A stretch of DNA of 63,788 bases, the filler included, from Nemertoderma westbladi (taxonomy: Eukaryota > Animalia > Xenacoelomorpha): the NCBI GenBank assembly GCA_032718475.1. It is 3 parts of 3 records of this genome, joined end to end, with 100 filler letters (N's around TTAATTAATTAA, not from the genome) between each part and the next. Parts side by side here need not be neighbours in the genome. Positions count along the whole stretch, not along the records: positions 1 to 29,568 come from JAUCBJ010008057.1; 2 more parts are not named here. One strand, given 5' to 3'. Below, in pieces: positions 1 to 11,421 of the stretch. The position numbers were made by a program, and so were the translations under genes. Below the pieces are notes generated by a model that saw nothing but the letters and a program-made list of their open reading frames with translations, made no database searches and was not told the origin of the DNA. Position 1 is the stretch's first letter. The number at the start of each line of letters is the position of its first letter.

Positions 1-1141
1 CACATTCAGCTTGGTTTGCAGCTAACATTTCGGCATCGATTGAGTCCAACACAAGCTTGGTTCCTTCACTATTAGGGGAAAGTCCAGACAGCCGTCTCCT
101 CAACTCTTCGTCTCCTAGGAATCGCTGATAGTCGGACAAATAAATGTCGATAGCGTCTCTAGTTCGCGGTTTCTCGGCGGCCTCTTCGCTTTCCGCTTGA
201 GCAAGGGTGACATCAGTTGGTTCGGTGACATCAGTTGGTTCAGTGACATCAGTTGGTTCTTCATAGGTTGATCTCTCAGCCAACTGGGATTTCCACTGGG
301 CTGTTTCCTGTACTTTGAGATCTACCCGATGTAGCCAAGTTTTGACAGCAACCTGCAGCGACGTGTCCTGTCTTCTTTTGGAAGTTTCCTCAAAGGCTGA
401 GAGGATTAGTCGAATGCGTAGGGTTCTTTCGCGTACTTGGTATAGCAGCTCTTCCTGCTCTTGAGGTCCGTGAGGTTGTCGAAACAGTTGTTCTTCCAAT
501 CGCTCCAAGGAGCCGAAGAATCCCTGCACATATCCTGATGCTGACCTCTTCCAAACAGCTGGATCCATTGTATCTTGTGCCACTCCCATCCTGTGTATAT
601 CTTCCCAAGTAGCCTCGGACAGATCCAACGGAAATCCGAGTCCGGGAAAGTTCCATTGTGATTCAACAATAGATATCAATTCTTCCCCGGCGTATCCCGC
701 GTAATTATCTTGGGTCGCTTGCTTATTCTTCGCCCAGTCGGCTTGATGTTCTTCCACCGCAATGAATATAGTAGTTAGCACTGCAGCAGGAAGAGTAAGA
801 AGGGGGTCCGAGTAGACTGTATCAGACATCTGCACTCCATGTTCGGGAGTCAGCTCTACAGTATCCGAACTGCTGGAGCTATCGGGCCGCTGGGAAGTAG
901 GTTCTTGACCAAGATGTTGCTGCGATAAAACAACTGCCTCTTGGTCCCGTTTTACCTGTGCCCGAGTGCCTATGATGGACCTATGGTGGACTAGCCTAGG
1001 GTCTGATACTACTGGAGGGATGACCTTTTTTACAGTAGGAGGTGAGCCGAACTCCTTTCTTATTCGCTCCACACTCCTATCTGAATCACAAATAGTTGTA
1101 TCGATCAGACTGTCTGACAGGTTTTGCTGAGTGTCAGACAT
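1..1141 (-). CDS. Open ORF running off the left edge (>=380 aa, MSDTQQNLSDSLIDTTICDSDR...EPTDVT x3...); probable gag/ORF1 of the adjacent LTR retrotransposon
   Basis: Manual translation from ATG at 1141 shows no stop down to position 1, so the ORF track omitted it. It lies about 2.2 kb downstream (minus strand) of the LTR at 3327-4591. The gag identity is inferred from position only. Confidence 0.6.
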   Translation of the reverse strand, partial: MSDTQQNLSDSLIDTTICDSDRSVERIRKEFGSPPTVKKVIPPVVSDPRLVHHRSIIGTRAQVKRDQEAVVLSQQHLGQEPTSQRPDSSSSSDTVELTPEHGVQMSDTVYSDPLLTLPAAVLTTIFIAVEEHQADWAKNKQATQDNYAGYAGEELISIVESQWNFPGLGFPLDLSEATWEDIHRMGVAQDTMDPAVWKRSASGYVQGFFGSLERLEEQLFRQPHGPQEQEELLYQVRERTLRIRLILSAFEETSKRRQDTSLQVAVKTWLHRVDLKVQETAQWKSQLAERSTYEEPTDVTEPTDVTEPTDVTLAQAESEEAAEKPRTRDAIDIYLSDYQRFLGDEELRRRLSGLSPNSEGTKLVLDSIDAEMLAANQAEC

Positions 1142-2504
1142 GTTTAGTTATACAGTTGAATGTCTACTACTATAGTTTCAGTTAAAGCAAGTCTGGTAAT
1201 TCAGTATGACCGCAAGCCTAGCGATTTATTACCGGTACCGTTACTCGGTGTAACGTGATATATACACAATATATTAGAATACCGGTATGCTTATAATATA
1301 TAAGTATTATTACAGACTAGATTTGTCACAGAGTACCGGTATATAATTTTAGCACAAATATATATATATATATATAGTAGGCCTATAATGAATACCGGTA
1401 TACAGCTTACACTTACAGCATGTAAGTATAATTATGAACTAGAATTAATTACAGAGTACCGGTATGATTTCAGCTCAAATTTATAGAGATAAATATAATA
1501 AGCCTATGGTAAGTACCGGTATGTCAATTATTTTTAGAATAATTGAATTCCTGAATATTTTAGGGTTACTTAGTTACTTTAACTTACTTTATTACCGTTA
1601 TTTAAGCAGTAGTCCAACTGATAGTGAGACCTAGTTGTCGTATGGCAGGCCTACTATTTATAAATCGTTTGATTTGATTTATAATATTTATATACCCGTT
1701 TAAATGGGTTTTTTGTCAATATTTGAAATAAATGTTATTATTTCTGGGGAGTCACTACACAGAAGCTGTGCGCTCTCAGAGAAGTGCTATTTATTTGACA
1801 CTAAAACTGATAATTCTAATTTACCTAAGTTACTTAATACTACAAATTACTTACGATACGGGTGAGATTAATTCTCTAATTAAACACAACAAAATATTAC
1901 GTACGAATTTTTAGGGTAATTTTACAGGAAGTCTACAAACCAGTCTAACAAAGGGTTAGAATTCGGTTTATTACAACGGACAGGGTACTACGGTATTTGA
2001 AAATAATAAGTAGTAGTAAATATATTGCACTGTCCAGATAGGAAAATACCACCGCCTGACGACCTATAGCCGTATCGCTATAGGTACTACGTTATGTATC
2101 ACGGATTGTCCCTACCTAGAAGCTAATAGAGGTAACGAATGTGCCTATCAACCACTTTACAACACAAATATAATGCCTACACTAATTACTTCGGAAAGCA
2201 CTGTACACTAAACCCTAAATTAGGTACAAGTACCGGTATAACAAGTAATCAGTAGTTAAATATACTTGAACAGTTAAAAGAACCACGGCATCTGCTGGAG
2301 TGACCGAAGCACAAAGTCGTCAGTCTTTACCTACGCCAAGCAGCCCTGATGTAGTACCGGGGTTAGTTTAACTATAACAGTATGTGTAACAAACACAATT
2401 ACTGTAGGAATAAACTTGGGGACATGAATGTTGCGAATAATCGCATAAACTCTGAATAATAAATATTACGCTACCCGTACAGAATACTCAAACAAATACA
2501 AACC

Positions 2505-2990
2505 AAAACGCTGGCAGACTACTATCAAGCCTAAACAAACTACAGTATGTGCAGATTCTGAGACTGTTAGTTAGTATGCGTTCTAACACGGTAGTACGAC
2601 TTACTCTTTAAGAGGGGATTGACCTTACCGCTTATGGCTGCCCCAACTTACTAACGGCACTTTATCAGACCAACTCTACACACGCAGCAATCCCTTCAGG
2701 CCTAAGAATAGCTAGACAACAATCCAGCCTACCAATATTTGAGTAATAACTATTACGGTACCTGAACAGACCACACAAACAAGCACAGGCTAAAACACTG
2801 GCAGACTACGATCAAGCCTAGATAAACTACAGTATATGCAGACTCTGAAACTGTTAGTTAGTATGCGTTCTAACACGGTAGTACGACTTATTCTTTAAGA
2901 GGGGATTGACCTTACCGCATATGGCTGCCCCAACTTACTAACGGCACTTTATCAGACAAACTCTACACACGCCGCAATCTCTCCAAACTC
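2505..2990. repeat. Two diverged tandem copies (period ~287 bp) in the putative LTR-element 5' leader
   Basis: aaaac(g/a)ctggcagactac...ctctacacacgc occurs at 2505 and 2792. Confidence 0.85.
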
Positions 2991-3326
2991 AACAACAGTC
3001 AGACAGCAGCTCAGCCTACAATTATCTGAACAATCTGAGCAGGGTCACACGCCTTCTGCTCAATATTAGCCTACTAGTAAATAAAACCGACAGAAATAAG
3101 TAGAATCTCAAATAAAAAATCAGGGCGGCCGTTCCCTGATTAAGTACCAAGACCTACCGGTATACAACAATCAAAATCGAATAATACTAATGTACTTGTA
3201 CAGCAGTACCGGTACCGGTGATGACAGTTAGGCCTACTGACCTACAGAAGCACCGGTTCAGTTTTACCAGTCACTACGGTATTTTGCAACCTTATTGCTT
3301 ACTGCAATAAGATTATAAACTGTTAC

Positions 3327-4591
3327 TGTTCGCGCTTTTGAAGACCTTTAGCAGTTTAACCTGCCAAAATTTATATGTCTTCTAGTTAATTAAAACACCT
3401 TTAGCATACGACAATATTTTATGCTAATACACAAAACATTACCCGAAGTCAGCCCATGCGCGATCATTCACCCGATGGATCTACACCCGGGAGGCTGAAT
3501 TCGGCTGCTTAAATTGTATTATTGCAGTGTAAGGTTGCAGTGTATACCTAATGTATTATTCGATAGATCGCTAATAATTAATCTCTGACAGATATTATTG
3601 GCTTTCGGGAAATATTAACAGTTCCTTTAGGACGTGGCGCTTTATCTATTTAAACAGAACTAGGACTTATACTAAACGCAACGATACTGCTTATGATTAA
3701 AGTATAAAGCGTATTCTTTAGGAAATACTTTGTTACCAATCACAATCATACACACTATTCTGCCGACCGTCAGTATATTTGATCACACATAAAGAGAGCA
3801 GTAATTGACTCATGTAGTGTCTGCTAAATAACATTAGATTCAATACACACCACATTAATATAAATCGCAATTGTTATGTATAGCCGGTCTCTCTAACCTG
3901 TAGTGTTATCAAGAAATTGGGAATTTGGGTGATTTATCCGTATTATCCAAAGAGCAATATTTTCATCAACAAATAGGTACAATTAATAACTGACGGTAAA
4001 ATAACAGTACAAACAATATGATTAATGCAATTAAATTAAGTGAGCATGTTAATTAGTGAGTTATTGAGTAGTTAAGTGAGATTCGATTCGTTAAGTTAAG
4101 TTAACAGTTTATACTTTCGATAATTTAAGCAGTTTTACTAGAGTTCTTCCCAAAAAGCCGGTGTTTCTGGCTTAGACAGCAATAACAACAAAGTATCAAG
4201 TAAGAAAGTAAGACTGAACACTCTCCTTATGATCGGCTGAAAAGCTACACGTCGACAGGAAAAATCGCTCTGATTGGCTCAAGCCAAACAAAGAACCATG
4301 CGTCCAATGGCTGTTTCCATGTCAGCAACCAGCTGTTAGATGTCGTAATATGAATCATCACGGCTAAGCTGTGAAAGGTAGTTGATGCATTACAGGTTTT
4401 TTGCCTTACCATGTCCGCCAAAACACGTATATAGCAGAATGATTTTTATGTCCGTTAAAACACCTGTAAAGGTACCTTGCGGGCGAGGGGAATATATATA
4501 CAGTTAGAGAACCCTTTTAGAGTATTCCAGCGCCTGGGGGGAACTGGCCAGCAAAGGCAAACGTATCAGTTATCCCACAAAAGCTTTTACA
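3327..4591 (-). mobile_element. Long terminal repeat (~1.27 kb), probable 5' LTR of a minus-strand LTR retrotransposon
   Basis: TGTT...TACA termini; colinear along its length with the solo LTR at 14547-15814; flanks differ, so there is no TSD, consistent with an attached internal region on the left. Confidence 0.75.
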
Positions 4592-6202
4592 GCAACTATC
4601 GTTTTTACTACAGTAGAAATTAAACAGCGCACAACCAATGGCATAGAAGAATACAATTCAAATGGGAGTAAACAATAAACAACTATGAAATTATTTACAA
4701 AAAAATTTAATTTAGGCTAAACCTGCTTTAATTCGCTCAGTTGCCGCAAAACTGCAACTTTTTACAGATCGGCAACCTTAGTTGCTCTACAAGTTACTGA
4801 CAAAGATGCGCTCAAAAACGTTGCCATGTGTAAACCGGGGCCTTTATAGCCCATGTTGTAAATATTCATTCCAGTGAGCGTATACAATAGGGCTTCCCTC
4901 TAATAATAATTACACATTGCAATACAGTATACAAGTATTATTTTTACGTGGCTTGAGTTAGGCGCGGGTGTATTACTTAATAGTATTTAGTATTGTAACT
5001 GCATTGTTAATAATAATACTGTACTTATAATTGTATATCTTTGCGCGGTGGCTAATATCTTTTACTATTTTAATTATTCAATTAATTTATTAACCTATTT
5101 TTAATCGATTACTATACAAAATAAAATGTAACTGTAGGGCCTAATATTTTTCAGTATCAGCATAGTTTTCGTTTGTGTTCAGTTCTATTTTTAAAGTGAA
5201 TTTTAATTGTTTTATTAGTTTGTATATTTGTATTTTATTATTTATAGTTTTTTCATAGTCCGTGTGTTTCATATATTAGCTTTAAAATAAATACTACCAC
5301 TATTTAAAAAAAATTATTAATTTTACTTTTCAATGAAAAGAGCAAAATTTGAAACTGTCATTGGCATACTGTACAGTATAGGCGGCATTTACAGTACAGT
5401 TTAAAAAAAATTGTGCTTTTTGGTTTTAGAATACAATGTTATTGTGCCCCCCGCCACCTTTAAATTTGTTCGGTCGCCCCTGCATCGCCCCATCTACCTG
5501 CGACACTGACGCACATCCTGTCTTCCTGAGTACATTCCCTAGTAGATGGGAAACTAATCCCTCAAACAATAATGATCAATTTTAACTGAATTATTTTAAC
5601 TGAATTATTTCTACAAACTCGGACACGGCCACGAATAGGAACCAGTATCAGTACAGCAGTAGGCTGGAACCTTTTTAAATTTCCCGTCTACAGTAGTAAG
5701 TATTCCTGTTCAGTATACATATACAGTACTGTCGCAATATGTTTAGAATATATTATTTTAATTTTTATTATTTTTTATTTCTATTTATGTTGGTTTTACT
5801 CATTGCTTACTCTTACAGTATATACGTTACTATTGCCGTTTTTAATCTACTGTACACATAAAACATTTATATCAATTTTAGATTATAAATAATACTGTAA
5901 CAACACTAGTTATATTATATAAATTTTGTGAACGTGGTAAACATATAATTTGTATCTATGTTGGTTTTCTTTATTTCGTACTATGAACTATGACGACTTC
6001 TTACAGTATAACTTGTATTTTGTTAGTGGGTGCATTATAAGACATTTCTTTCTACACCCATAAAAATTATTAAACATTACTGCATTAAACATTTGAGCTA
6101 ACAAGTTAAGCTGTAGGCCTGCCGACAATAAGACCAAGAAAGATACCGGTACTAGGCCTATACAGTTTTTATCCCTGAGTCAGACTACAGCCAGACAGCA
6201 CA

Positions 6203-9200
6203 ATGTCCCCGCTCTTAATCTCCACAGTTTTCATCGTTCTGGGTCGTTTCGTTGTGGCAGAACCATCCGATCCGCGGGGTAACCCTGCAACCCACCCAAT
6301 ACCCGTATTGGACTGGTTTGCGGAACACCCTGTCGCTACCGTTTCGAACTGCCGCGCCGAATCGACGGAGATGTGGTCGACGAGTGGATTTAGCCTCTAC
6401 TGCTCTCGTCGGGGAAGAAGATCTTGGGTCTCCTCTCCACGATCTAGAGGCCTAATCGCTAAACTCTGTCTACTGTCTCTGGCTGGGGATATTGAGACCA
6501 ACCCAGGACCCAGCAGGACGCGGGCCCCGAAGATCAACTGTCCCGTCTGTCAACGAGGAACAAACTCTCGGAGTAAGATCGTCCAATGCGAGAGTTGTGA
6601 CACATTTGTACATTTAAAATGTTACCGTAGGAAACGCAGTAATTTATTCTCCACCAGAAACAATCTTGAACCAAGTTTTCTCTGCAATAGCTGTATTTTT
6701 ACCGAACTTCCCTTTCATGATACAATTTTAGAATCAGAAACCGACGATTCATTTCTCACATCGCCTCTGCAAACTCCAAGTGATGCTGAGAGTGAAACTT
6801 TTAATTTTTTTAAGAAAAAAGGTCTGCATTTTTTGCACTTAAACGCACGATCTCTGCTTCCAAAACTTTCCGAAATTCGTATTTTAATCAATAAATCCAA
6901 CCCAGCAGTTTTAACAATCTCTGAAACTTGGCTCGATGATAGTGTTTCTGATGGAGAAATTTATATTGATAATTACGTAGTTTTACGTAAGGATAGGGAC
7001 AGACACGGTGGTGGTGTCTGTACTTACATTCGATGTGATTTAGCTTTTAATCGTAGGGAAGATTTAGAGACTTGTGACGAAGTTTTACTGGTGGAACTTT
7101 TACTTCCTAAAACTAAACCTATTTTAATCGGTACTTTATATCGGCCCCCTAAACAATCAGATTTTTTGCAAAATTTTGAAAATACAATTTTATGTAATCT
7201 TAGGTCAGACTGTGAAATATATTTCTTAGGTGATTTTAATATCTGTTACCATCACAAAGCATCCCCCATCTGTAAACAGTACCAAAGTATTTTAAATTTG
7301 TTTGGTTTAAAACAAATTATTCGAGATTCTACCAGAATTACCAGTAAAACTTCTACTTTACTAGATCACATCCTTTGTAATAATACCGATATTATTTCTC
7401 AATCTGGGGTTTTACCTATAGGTCTAAGCGATCATTTTATAGTTTTTTGCACAAGAAAGACACAAAAATCTTTTTTCGGGGATCATAAAACAGTAACAGT
7501 TAGGTCTATGAAAAATTACAGCTCTCAAGGAACGCTTTTTAAGTTTGTTAGTTAATTCTGACTGGGAACCCTGTTTTAAGGCCGCTGACATTAACCTTGC
7601 GTACACTGTTTTTAAAGATATATTTTTAAAGGCACTTAATACTGTAGCACCAATTAAAGAAATTAGTCTTAAACAACGCACTGAGCCCTGGATGACCTCG
7701 GGTATTCTTAGTAATATCAGAGAAAGAGATAACTATTTGTATAAATTTAGGAAATACCGTGTTTTAGCTGATTATAATAATTACTGCAAACATAGAAACC
7801 TTGTCCAACGGGAAATAAAAAAAGCTAAATCTGAATATTTGTACAACAAAATAAGTGAGAATAAAGATAATCCAAAAAGTCTATGGTCTACCCTAAAATC
7901 TTTAGGTTATAAAAACCTTAAATCTAAATCGAATATTGTTCTGCAAGATAACGGTGAGCTGATTCATGATCATACTCTAGTTAGTAATTTATTTAATAAT
8001 TATTTTACTAATGTTGCCTCTAATTTAGTTAAGAAGTTACCGTTATCAAGTAATAAATATAGTATAGGGTCCGAAACTCTAAATAATTTTTATTTAGAAA
8101 AGTTACAAAATTCAGAAAAGTTATTTTTAAAACCCGTTTCTGAGGATTTCGTTTTTAAAAATCTACTTAGCCTATCAGCCTCAAAAAGTACCGGTCTAGA
8201 TCTAATACCTGCCCGTTTTCTTAAGGATGGTGCTGAAGTACTTAAAGTGCCTATTACTTTTATTATTAATTACTCTATCGTAGATAATGTAGTACCAGAC
8301 GAACTGAAATTAGCTAAGGTTGTTCCTCTGTATAAAAAGAATAGTAAAGTAGAACCCTGTAATTACAGACCTGTTAGTATCTTAAGTATTGTATCTAAAA
8401 TTCTAGAACGTTCTGTTTTTCTACAGCTGGAGGCACATCTTAGTAGGCTAAATCTGATCTATGAACTTCAGTCCGGTTTTCGTAAATCATATTCTACAGA
8501 CACCTTCCTTATTAACTTAACTGATACAATTAGATGTAATAACGCAAAGGGTTTATATACTGGTATGGTAATGTTGGACCTACAAAAGGCTTTCGATACT
8601 GTAGATCACGAAATTCTGCTTGGTAAGTTAGGCCTGATGGGTGTAGGTTCTATAGACTGGTTCAAGTCCTACCTGTCAGACAGAGGTCAAACTGTAGTCA
8701 TTAGCAAATCGCTGTCTACTGTACAGGAGATTACCTGTGGTGTACCGCAAGGTAGTATATTAGGTCCTCTGCTTTTTGTATGCTATGTAAATGATATGAT
8801 AAGTAGTATAGATCCCGATTTTAAACTCATTTTATATGCCGACGACAGTGCTCTTATTTTCTCTCATAAAGATCCTATCCATGTTTCCCAAAAGTTAAGT
8901 GCAGTTCTAGAATCCTGTAATGAGTGGTTGGTTGATAATAAGCTATCCATTCACTACGGTAAAACTGAAAGTATTTTGTTTGGTTCCAAAAGAAAGTTAA
9001 AGAAGGTAACTAAGTTTGAAGTCACTAGTAATGGACATAAGATTGAAAATAAAAAGGAAGTTAAATATTTAGGCGCCACATTGGATAACTGCTTATCAGG
9101 AGAAAGTACAGTGAAAAATATTTTCTCGAAAGTTAACAGTAGGCTTAGGTTTCTATACAGAAATAAAAATAGTTTGAACACCGACTCCCGCAAGTTACTT

Positions 9201-10030
9201 TGCCCTTCTTTAATACAGTGTCACATGGACTATGCGTGCTCTTCTTGGTATGAAGGCTTAACCAAACAGCTTAAATGTAAATTACAAGTAGCTCAGAATA
9301 AAGTAGTACGATTTATTAAAGACTACAAACCTAGGCACCACCTAACTCCAGATGACTTTTCTGAATCTGGACTACTTAACTTAGATAGTAGAGTTAAGCA
9401 GCTACGCCTTAACCATGTGCATAAAGTGTATAATGGTAAATGTCCCAATTACCTAAAACAAAAATTCAACAGAGTACGCGATACACACTCTTACAGTACC
9501 AGAGCTAGTGCTTCAAACTTCTACCTCCCGAATTGTAAATCCTTTGAATCTGATACTTTCTTTTTTAACGGCATAAAAAATTGGAACGCTCTGCCTAATG
9601 AAATTAAAAACCTAAATAATCAACATTCTTTTAAATCTGCAGTTAAATCTCACCTCCGTGTGCAATGTAAAAATAGGTACAATAGTACTACAGTAAGTTA
9701 TTAGTTTATTAATTATTTACTATTTATACTGTAATTACGTTTTATAATAAATTGTTCTGTACATTACATCTTTATCGTTGAGTCGGGCATTGTCACGCTC
9801 TCGGTAAAGTTGTACATGTACATAGTGTAATTACGTTTTATATTGGTTTTAGGTTAGCGTAGTGTAATATTGTATTTGTAACCAAGTAACATAAAGGACC
9901 CCCTTGGAAATAAGCTGCAAAGCTTTAGGGGTAATCCTATATGTTATGTTGGACAATACCTTTATACCGGTACATTGTTTGGTGTATTTGTTATTGTTTT
10001 TACATAATGTATAAATAAATCTATAAACAT
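6203..10030 (+). mobile_element. Near full-length CR1-group (Crack/Daphne/L2-like) non-LTR retrotransposon: 2A motif, PHD finger, APE endonuclease, reverse transcriptase; one frameshift near 7525
   Basis: GDIETNPGP; CPVC...CESC...H..C...CNSC; HLNARSL, ISETWL, LGDFN, SDH; [30 protein letters not shown]. ORFs 6203-7555 and 7545-9704, followed by a 3' UTR ending in AATAAA-like tail. Inverted copy of the 3' UTR at about 62935-63070. Confidence 0.93.
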
Positions 10031-10530
10031 TAAGCACTGTTATATCCTGATCTGTAAGTGATATCTGTATGTTACCGGTGGTTGATAAGAATAGGCCTAG
10101 GCCTATTTTGTATTTGAAACTAAGAAATAACTTATATCAGTATCTGGAATAACCTACAAACTGTTAAAGCAGTAAAGTGTCAACTGTAATACACAGTAAT
10201 AATCATTACCGGTCTGCCGGTAGGACTACTCCTTATTGCTGTTATGTAATAGAAAAATACTGAATACAGCAGTACAGCGTACAGGCTGACAGGAATAGGT
10301 GCAGCGGTACAGCTCTGTAGCTGTACCACTGTACCTACAGTACAATAGTAGACTGGTAGACGTAGCAAGGGATATTATAATTATTTGTTATTATTCCCGT
10401 ACTGCCGTAGGCCTACCTGAATTCAATTTTTAACAAGAACATAATAACTGAATAAGTTCTGAGCCTTTCGCCTACGGCCTGCGCCTGTAAGCAGTAGGCC
10501 TACTGCTGTACTGCAATAAGCCAGATAGAT

Positions 10531-11127
10531 ATGTCTGTTACCAGTTCCGAAGCGGACCTTCCTGACTGGCCGGTATCTCTCAGCGAGCGAACTGTCGATG
10601 GTCTGTTAGTCGCGGGGCACCAAACCACGCTATCCGACGCGCAATTCTCCGAGATCCTATCGGCAGCGCGGGACACTATCTGCCGACAGGGCGTCGCCGA
10701 GCTTCCGGAATCCACGGAGCCGAACTACGGACTCGCGTGTAGGTCGGTCTTCACGCTGCTCCTGGAAGCCGCCAAGCACGACGTCGACGCCCAACAGCTG
10801 TCGGTGTACCTGTCGGACTGGGACCCCGGTCGGAACGCCCACGTTAACGACTGGTTCGGGACTCACAAGGCCGAACTCCGCGATTCCTTGGCTCATACAA
10901 GGCACTCGTTCCCTCACGTGGTGGACGCGAGTTGGATGATCAACGCGGTGGTTCGCACGGACCAATTCGAGGGTCTCAACGAACCCACAGTGGACATTAG
11001 GTTCCACACTACTGAACCCGGAAGGCCGGAGACCCAATCCGTACAACTAGTATGCGACCCCGAACACCTGCAGGACTTGGTGGGGAAGATGAGAGAGGCG
11101 TGTAAGTCGCTAAGACGCAGCACCTGA
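10531..11127 (+). CDS. COMMD3: COMM domain-containing protein 3, intronless
   Basis: LLLEAAKHD, FPHVVDASW, LQDLVGKMREACKSL match recalled COMMD3 motifs; 198 aa. Confidence 0.88.
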   Translation: MSVTSSEADLPDWPVSLSERTVDGLLVAGHQTTLSDAQFSEILSAARDTICRQGVAELPESTEPNYGLACRSVFTLLLEAAKHDVDAQQLSVYLSDWDPGRNAHVNDWFGTHKAELRDSLAHTRHSFPHVVDASWMINAVVRTDQFEGLNEPTVDIRFHTTEPGRPETQSVQLVCDPEHLQDLVGKMREACKSLRRST

Positions 11128-11421
11128 GTGGCTCATACGTCGCTAAGACGCAGCACCTGAGTGGCTTATAAGTCGCTATGACGCAGCACCTGAGTGGCTT
11201 ATAAGTCGCTAAGACGCAGCACCTGAGTGGCTTATAAGTCGCTAAGACGCAGCACCTGAGTGGCTTATAAGTCGCTACGACGCAGCACCTGAGTGGCTTA
11301 TAAGTCGCTACGACGCAGCACCTGAGTGGCTTATAAGTCGCTACGACGCAGCACCTGAGTGGCTTATAAGTCGCTACGACGCAGCACCTGGGTGGCTTAT
11401 AAGTCGCTAAGACGCAGCACC
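11103..11421 (+). repeat. 33-bp tandem array (~9.6 copies) overlapping the COMMD3 stop codon
   Basis: Unit taagtcgctaagacgcagcacctgagtggctta. Confidence 0.95.

Noticed and set aside
2505-2990. Ribozyme in the LTR-leader duplication
   Set aside because: No CUGANGA...GAAA core with flanking stems was found on either strand.
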